Shown here: piece after piece, positions 14,751-20,000 of the stretch | Numbering within the stretch: the first letter of the stretch is position 1 | Layout of the letters: the number at the start of each line of letters is the position of its first letter | Source: an uncultured virus (IMG/VR IMGVR_UViG_3300032006_001851) | Taxonomy: Duplodnaviria > Heunggongvirae > Uroviricota > Caudoviricetes | Virus record (IMG/VR): IMGVR_UViG_3300032006_001851 | Direction: 5' to 3' (one strand) | DNA length: 20,000 nucleotides | The notes under the pieces: model-generated | Seen by the model: only the letters and a program-made list of their open reading frames with translations | What the model was told of the DNA's origin: nothing | Database searches by the model: none | Program-made: the position numbers and the translations under genes

Positions 14751-16600
14751 GTTCTTTCGTACTTCATTAGAATAGACTCGTATCCACGCTCCCCCTTCTG
14801 GTTTGCAATAGCTTCACCAAGAGACACGCTCTTTCTTATCTGTGCATCGGTTGGATGTCTACCTGTTATTTTGTTTCTAAGATTATGACAAGACACATCA
14901 GCTATCAGTGCTTGCATTGGTTCTGCTTGAGCATAAGCGTAACAAACTGTAACCATAATAGTTATAAGATTCTGAATCTTTCTAGAGAGTATAGACATCC
15001 TGCACTGTTTGTCTGCTAATCCCAGTTGGTACTTGCGCATCAAAGAACTAATTTCCCAAGCAGATTTCTGCAATCCCTTAATGGCGAAGTTTGCATGGCT
15101 TACTAAGTCAGCATTAAAACCTATAGGTCTTATGCCACCCTTCGGAATAAGTTTCTCTTTAGCCATCCATTTCACATAAGGCATGAAAGTTTCAACATTG
15201 TTAATTACATCAAGGATGCTTGGGCTTCTCTTGCCCAGATTAGCCATCAGCTTTCCAACAGGCTCAAAGAAGGTCTGACCATGCTCTTTAACCAACCCCT
15301 TAAAGAAAGCCATGTTCAACATATCGCCTTCGCCCTCATAAATGAGAGGAGCAAGTATGTCGTGGATATTATCGCCAACAATATGCCCCGATAAAAATGA
15401 CCTTCCGCCGTGAGTTTTCATGCACAAATCAATTGCAGCTTCTTTCTGACACTCTGATCCAAATGTCTTCGCTATTATACACTCTAGCTCTCCTCTGTAT
15501 CCCTTGTCAATCAATCCTGAACACCAAGCTACAAGAGCATCAGATGAAAGAATGTATCCTGCAAGTCTAGCAATTCGTTCCTGAACCAACTCTCTGTTTT
15601 TGATTGACTGTCCATATGTTGACCTATAGGATGACCAAGGAAGCATCGAGTCCAGCATGGTCTTCATGCAACCAGATGCGTTAGCACATAAAGATATTCT
15701 TCCTAAGTTCAATCCGTGATATGCTACAGTCAGACCATCACCTCTGTCTAACTGGATAAGATTTTCTTTTGGTACTCTATGATTTGTAAATGTAAGTGAG
15801 TTGTTGTTAAGCCTAGTAAGCGCATGTATATCATAGTGTCCTATCTTAAATGTGTCAGTATCCGTCTCGGGAATTTCTACAAGAAGGACTTGAGGCTTAT
15901 TATCTATTTTACATACTACAGAAACAAGACCACCATAATGCACGTTTGTGATAAACAACTTAGTGCCGTTTAGAACGTAGTCGTCTCTGTCCATTATAGC
16001 ATATGTTTTCAGTGCTGTCAAGTCCGATCCGGCACAAGGTTCGGTTAGAGCAAAGGCAGATAGAAAAGTTCCATCAGCCAGTCCCGGTAAATACTTTTTC
16101 TTTTGATAGTCATTTCCAAATGTTCTAACAGGATCAACGGAACCTATACATCCATGAATGGAACACATTCCTGCCACGCTTGGTTCAATAGTGGCCATCT
16201 TTGTTAGGAATGAAGAAAACTCCGAGAAGGATACTGACGATTTATCTGGGAGTGGTACTAGCAGTCCGTAGTATCCGGCCTTAGACAAGGCGGTGATAAG
16301 TTCCTCGCTTAGTTTTCTTCCGTCGTACAGTTTATCTAGTTCTTTAAAGTGTTTGACAATTTCAAAACAGTTGTCCAGCATAGCCGAATTAGGTCTATGG
16401 AAGTCAAACTCAAAAAATTCTCTGGTTGGGAACTCCCCGCTCCATACAGCTTTGTGTGCTGGACTATTCTTGGTTTGATATTTATCGTCAAACAGTTCCT
16501 CTATTTGGTCATCTGCCGTATCTACTTTTCCTATGCTCGTAGACTCCTCTGCGGTTTTGCCGCTTAACTCCATAGCAGTTTCAGCAAAAGATTTACCCAT
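14747..16600 (-). CDS. Acyl-CoA dehydrogenase (FadE-like, with C-terminal extension)
   Basis: FGNDYQKKKYLP, SAFALTEPCAGSD, LNGTKLFITN, LNLGRISL, IAKTFGSE, THGGRSF and IYEGEG (catalytic Glu). Confidence 0.93.
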   Translation of the reverse strand: MGKSFAETAMELSGKTAEESTSIGKVDTADDQIEELFDDKYQTKNSPAHKAVWSGEFPTREFFEFDFHRPNSAMLDNCFEIVKHFKELDKLYDGRKLSEELITALSKAGYYGLLVPLPDKSSVSFSEFSSFLTKMATIEPSVAGMCSIHGCIGSVDPVRTFGNDYQKKKYLPGLADGTFLSAFALTEPCAGSDLTALKTYAIMDRDDYVLNGTKLFITNVHYGGLVSVVCKIDNKPQVLLVEIPETDTDTFKIGHYDIHALTRLNNNSLTFTNHRVPKENLIQLDRGDGLTVAYHGLNLGRISLCANASGCMKTMLDSMLPWSSYRSTYGQSIKNRELVQERIARLAGYILSSDALVAWCSGLIDKGYRGELECIIAKTFGSECQKEAAIDLCMKTHGGRSFLSGHIVGDNIHDILAPLIYEGEGDMLNMAFFKGLVKEHGQTFFEPVGKLMANLGKRSPSILDVINNVETFMPYVKWMAKEKLIPKGGIRPIGFNADLVSHANFAIKGLQKSAWEISSLMRKYQLGLADKQCRMSILSRKIQNLITIMVTVCYAYAQAEPMQALIADVSCHNLRNKITGRHPTDAQIRKSVSLGEAIANQKGERGYESILMKYERT

Positions 16601-16775
16601 TATTTAACTCCCTCACTTTCTTACCTGTGTGGTCTACAACAATAGGGCCACATCCCTCACATAAAACCTTAGCGGCATCGCCTCTTAAGTATTGTTCTTC
16701 TGAAACTATGTAGGCTAGGTCACGAAAATCCTCTCCAAAAAACTTCTCGCTACACTCCTTACAGAAATCAGCCAT
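16593..16775 (-). CDS. Small Cys4 putative zinc-binding protein (60 aa)
   Basis: MADFCKEC...VLCEGCG; SD AGGAG upstream. Confidence 0.65.
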   Translation of the reverse strand: MADFCKECSEKFFGEDFRDLAYIVSEEQYLRGDAAKVLCEGCGPIVVDHTGKKVRELNNG

Positions 16776-16777
16776 AA

Positions 16778-17398
16778 CTAATCTCTCCTAGCTGTGAATA
16801 CGAATACATCCATGTAATTAAGTTCAATACCTTCAACATCTTTTGTAATACGATTTCCATCATGCCACACTTCTCTGTCATTGAATACAACAACATCTCC
16901 CGGCTTAAGGAGTATAGTCCAAAATGGGTGTGAATCTTTATCATCAAATACTAGCAACTCTCCCCCACACACATTTGATCTGTTTATGGAGAATATACCC
17001 ACGGCATCGAAACCGTCTTGGTGCGGTCCTTCTGGAGATAATTCAGCAAACTGCATACCTTCTGGGACAGTCACTCTCATCTGATGGACTTCTATGTCTT
17101 CCAAATCTATTTCACCAGCACGGCGAAATAGACTTAGCATTTTTTCGAAGCATTGACTATTTAATACTGAATCTTCAATCGGTTCAAACTTTCTTAGCAC
17201 ATCACCCTGATACTTATTATAATCAGACGATTGCGTAAATGTCGATTCTCCTACAGGCACATTAAGGTGGTCAATAATAGAATAACGTCTAAGCCTGAAT
17301 TCACCGTCAGCATGATCTGTATTTGGCAGATCGTAAAACGATAACTGAACCTGCTTGATGTCTCCATAGTCTAACTTGTCAAGTATAATTTTGTGCAT
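16778..17398 (-). CDS. 2OG-Fe(II) dioxygenase family protein (2OG-Fe_Oxy_2-like)
   Basis: RLRRYS, FTQSSDYN...G...RKFEPI, VHQMR, SPEGPHQDGFD (HxD), WHDG (distal His) and MDVFVFT. Confidence 0.82.
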   Translation of the reverse strand: MHKIILDKLDYGDIKQVQLSFYDLPNTDHADGEFRLRRYSIIDHLNVPVGESTFTQSSDYNKYQGDVLRKFEPIEDSVLNSQCFEKMLSLFRRAGEIDLEDIEVHQMRVTVPEGMQFAELSPEGPHQDGFDAVGIFSINRSNVCGGELLVFDDKDSHPFWTILLKPGDVVVFNDREVWHDGNRITKDVEGIELNYMDVFVFTARRD

Positions 17399-17401
17399 TG
17401 T

Positions 17402-17608
17402 TCACTCCGTAGCGTTGTCGTAATAATAGCACACTAATTCCCAGCCTCTAAGATCCCTGAACTCCTCCACCATCCTAGCCATCCCAACAACCATGCGAGA
17501 AGTGATCCAGTTTTTCCTTAGCTCAAGTGGAACACTAAGAAAAGAGGTGATTCCACTCACCTGCCTCTGATACATCAGATGGACTATAACCACATCTTTT
17601 CTAACCAT
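17402..17608 (-). CDS. Hypothetical protein (68 aa)
   Basis: Same-strand ORF overlapping the upstream small ORF. Confidence 0.55.
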   Translation of the reverse strand: MVRKDVVIVHLMYQRQVSGITSFLSVPLELRKNWITSRMVVGMARMVEEFRDLRGWELVCYYYDNATE

Positions 17609-17747
17609 CTACCCCATCGCTTGAAGGAATATCTATTCCTAATTCTTCTGCCGTTATTAAGTCTAGTTTTCTTCTTAGGTCTTTCTTTTCTTCTTCACTC
17701 AGTCTAATGTATCTGTACCAACATTCCCTAAGTGTCTGACTGCTCAT
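17601..17747 (-). CDS. Hypothetical protein (48 aa)
   Basis: MSSQTLRECWYRYIRLSEEEKKDLRRKLDLITAEELGIDIPSSDGVDG*; exactly fills the gap and overlaps both neighbours. Confidence 0.5.
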   Translation of the reverse strand: MSSQTLRECWYRYIRLSEEEKKDLRRKLDLITAEELGIDIPSSDGVDG

Positions 17748-18024
17748 AATTCATCTCGTCTATTTCAACCTGTTTCTCTAGAGACTTATACATGAGATTA
17801 CATGATATTTTGGCTATTGCTATACATTCCTCCACTCGTTCAATATCATCTTCGCCCATGTACTCCGCAATAGCTTCAATAAATGAGTATAAAACATGAC
17901 CCAGTTCTATGTTATCGGATTCCATTGAGGATACGAATTCCTCTAAGCCGAATGTTTCATTCTTGGCATACACCTCCTGAATGATGCTTTCTATAGTTGC
18001 AGATTTGACGTATGGTAATTTCAA
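17728..18024 (-). CDS. Acidic hypothetical protein (~98 aa; TTG start proposed)
   Basis: GGAG upstream of a TTG that overlaps the hydratase TGA (TTGA). The track start at 18066 lies inside the hydratase gene. Confidence 0.6.
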   Translation of the reverse strand: MKLPYVKSATIESIIQEVYAKNETFGLEEFVSSMESDNIELGHVLYSFIEAIAEYMGEDDIERVEECIAIAKISCNLMYKSLEKQVEIDEMNYEQSDT

Positions 18025-18989
18025 CCTCTTTCTCCATTTAGAAACTTTTGCACCAGTTCTCTGCATTCATCACTTCTGACCAGTGGGATAAAAGCCTTGC
18101 GTTCTAGTTCTAAAGATTCATCCCTGTTCATGGTCCTAGTTTCCTTCAGTACCTCTAGAGCTTTGTAGGGGGATGGATACCTATTAGGGTCACCAAACAT
18201 CTTCTTCTGTTTTCTACGAATTGTATACTCGACGATAGGGTAAGTAATACTAGCCCTCATCTTGCCAAGATTAGTTGGGCCACGTTTCTTGTTTCTAATA
18301 GCAGCCCATGTCATCATATCACTATCGCTCAGTTCGTCGATAATTCTACGGGCTTCCTTAAACGCTTGACTATACTCTACTATACCATCGACCAGACCAA
18401 TTTTCAAAGACTCTTTCTGCTTTACATTTCTTCCGGTGCAGATAAGCTCGATAGCCTTGGTTGGACTAATAATACGAGGAAGTCTGGTGGTTCCTCCCCA
18501 CGATGGAAGGATACCTAGTTTGACTTCTGGCAATGCCAGCTTAGTAAGTTGTAGCGTAGTATATTCTGGATCTTTTGGAACAGGGTCTTTAACTAAAATC
18601 CTACTAGTACAGGCTAGAGCTAATTCCAGCCCACCCCCCATCGTCGTCCCCTTCATAATCGAGCAGGTAGGTATAGGTAAGTCTTCAATTCTATTGAGTA
18701 CATCCTGCCCCTCTGTTAAGAAGCCATCTATTGTTTCGTCATCTGCATCATGTGCTGTGACAAATATTTTAATATTCGCCCCGACTATAAATGTTGACTT
18801 ATTACTGCTGAATATGATCCCCTTATAATTTCCCTTCTCTGCTACACCAATAAGAACCTCTAGCTCCTGAAGCGTTTGCGTATCAAGAAAATTATATGGC
18901 CTTTTCATATGGTCAAATACGATATTATAGATTCCGTCGTGACTATATGCCTTAAAGTTCTCTAGCGTGTTGCCGTTAAGTAGCATCAT
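18021..18989 (-). CDS. Enoyl-CoA hydratase (N-terminal half of a FadB/FadJ-type enzyme)
   Basis: FIVGANI, MGGGLELALAC and LPEVKLGILPSWGGTTRLPR (both catalytic Glu), plus the FadB linker YPSPYKALEVLK...ESLELERKAFIPLVRSDECRELVQKFLN. Confidence 0.92.
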   Translation of the reverse strand: MMLLNGNTLENFKAYSHDGIYNIVFDHMKRPYNFLDTQTLQELEVLIGVAEKGNYKGIIFSSNKSTFIVGANIKIFVTAHDADDETIDGFLTEGQDVLNRIEDLPIPTCSIMKGTTMGGGLELALACTSRILVKDPVPKDPEYTTLQLTKLALPEVKLGILPSWGGTTRLPRIISPTKAIELICTGRNVKQKESLKIGLVDGIVEYSQAFKEARRIIDELSDSDMMTWAAIRNKKRGPTNLGKMRASITYPIVEYTIRRKQKKMFGDPNRYPSPYKALEVLKETRTMNRDESLELERKAFIPLVRSDECRELVQKFLNGERG

Positions 18990-18991
18990 GT

Positions 18992-19087
18992 TTAATCTCT
19001 CTCCTCAAGCCATCCAAAATAATCTGCCAAAAAGGCAAATGTCCAAAGTCCTGCTACACCACCTATGATTAATACCCACTCATTCAT
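18992..19087 (-). CDS. Tiny single-TM peptide (31 aa)
   Basis: MNEWVLIIGGVAGLWTFAFLADYFGWLEERD*; AAGGA upstream; fills the gap and overlaps the upstream ORF. Confidence 0.5.
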   Translation of the reverse strand: MNEWVLIIGGVAGLWTFAFLADYFGWLEERD

Positions 19088-19232
19088 TTTGCTTATCCTT
19101 GTTTATCATGTAATCCAAAGCCTTGCTATGAAGTTCGGGGTTATCGTATTTAAGATTAAACCACTCGATCTTTTGCCAGTAGCTATCTAGCTTGTCCATC
19201 TTAGTAAGAAAATCCTTAACTTCCTGATCCAT
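19080..19232 (-). CDS. Hypothetical protein (50 aa)
   Basis: SD GGGGAG; MDQEVKDFLTKMDKLDSYWQKIEWFNLKYDNPELHSKALDYMINKDKQNE*. Confidence 0.55.
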   Translation of the reverse strand: MDQEVKDFLTKMDKLDSYWQKIEWFNLKYDNPELHSKALDYMINKDKQNE

Positions 19233-19458
19233 CTTTATCTCCCCATTTATGTGCCATTCGTTTCACTATAGCTTTTTTGTCGTACCATTCTAGCAATTTA
19301 TCTAATCTCCATGTTACATCAGCAAGCTCATCTTGAATCTTACTATGACGATCTTGCCAAGGCTTATTGGTCTGTTTGATTAGCTCTCCAGCTAATTCAA
19401 TTAACTCTTCGGCTAATTTCTTGGCGTCATGCTTCCAGTCTTCGTTGTTGTGCATCAT
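19216..19458 (-). CDS. MazG-like all-alpha NTP pyrophosphohydrolase
   Basis: KLAEELIEL...IQDELADV (EExxE ... ExxD metal-binding pattern). Confidence 0.7.
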   Translation of the reverse strand: MMHNNEDWKHDAKKLAEELIELAGELIKQTNKPWQDRHSKIQDELADVTWRLDKLLEWYDKKAIVKRMAHKWGDKDGSGS

Positions 19459-19739
19459 GAGTTAAGATCCTCCGCAATTGGACGGTCAACCTGAAAACTA
19501 CCATCAACATAACTACTTTTGCTGGGCAAAGGAAAGTCATTATCTTCCACCTTTTCAATTGCCTCATCAAGACTGGTAGCCGCAACCTCAACAGTTCCAT
19601 AAACTTCCCAGCTACAAGGAATCTCGTACCACTTATTATTCATGTTCTCACCTTTCAATTTACGTTCCTCACGCATCCTTTTGCGTCGTTCAATTCTAGT
19701 CTCTTTATTTCTCATAAATATTACCAATTCTATTACCAA
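19455..19739 (-). CDS. Hypothetical protein (true start may be 19643, MNNKWYEIP)
   Basis: ORF from the track; internal ATG at 19643 preceded by AAGGTG; VEVAATSLDEAIEKV segment. Confidence 0.6.
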   Translation of the reverse strand: MVIELVIFMRNKETRIERRKRMREERKLKGENMNNKWYEIPCSWEVYGTVEVAATSLDEAIEKVEDNDFPLPSKSSYVDGSFQVDRPIAEDLNS

Positions 19740-20000
19740 GGAAGGTTGTCATCAGAACCAAGCATTTCGTTGTAATCCTCATCTGGTAATCCTACTTGTG
19801 GACATTCAACATGGGCATACTTTTCTTCAATCTGCTTGACGAAAGATAGAGCATCCTTAAGAGCCACAACAGCTTTCCTTGTAGGTGTAGTAGCCTTTTC
19901 GTATGCTTCTACTGTGGTACTTTCATCAGGTGCAATTTCTTGCAGAGCATCACAGATTAGTTTGTCAATAGACCCTAGCATAACTTTTGTTCCATAAGCA
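19733..20000 (-). CDS. Hypothetical protein, probably 5'-partial
   Basis: The frame stays open from the window edge (GCT TAT GGA ACA AAA GTT ATG...) to the stop at 19733. Confidence 0.55.
   Translation of the reverse strand, partial: AYGTKVMLGSIDKLICDALQEIAPDESTTVEAYEKATTPTRKAVVALKDALSFVKQIEEKYAHVECPQVGLPDEDYNEMLGSDDNLPW

Noticed and set aside
1664..19839. All plus-strand ORFs in the track (e.g. 3746-4063, 9267-9611, 13667-14053, 18436-18828)
   Set aside because: They are antisense shadows of well-supported minus-strand genes or RNAs and show no recognisable motifs.

Overview
Dense, roughly 40% GC window in which every credible gene is on the minus strand, many with overlapping stop/start codons. 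It mixes many small ORFans with tRNAs lacking encoded CCA, a tmRNA, a divergent sigma-70-like factor, a MazG-like protein and a deaminase. This organisation suggests a large (jumbo/huge) bacteriophage genome, but that is inference: no virion or replication hallmark gene lies in the window. The metabolic cargo is unusually rich. (i) A coupled amino-acid catabolism block: HAD phosphatase, mini HPPD/VOC dioxygenase, aldehyde dehydrogenase, SET-domain protein, amidinotransferase-family hydrolase and Lat-type aminotransferase. (ii) Three beta-oxidation activities, with a FadB/FadJ-type enzyme split into two genes about 8 kb apart plus an acyl-CoA dehydrogenase. (iii) GlmS, class I fructose-bisphosphate aldolase, GMP reductase, a HIGH-motif cytidylyltransferase and a 2OG-Fe(II) dioxygenase. 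RNA genes are tRNA-Arg(UCU), a rare tRNA-Ile(UAU) and tmRNA (tag AEKQFALAA). There is also an unexplained ~219-nt structured element (12188-12406): two long bulged hairpins directly abutting a tRNA-like cloverleaf with an enlarged, non-canonical anticodon arm. All family calls come from reading motifs by eye; no searches were run.
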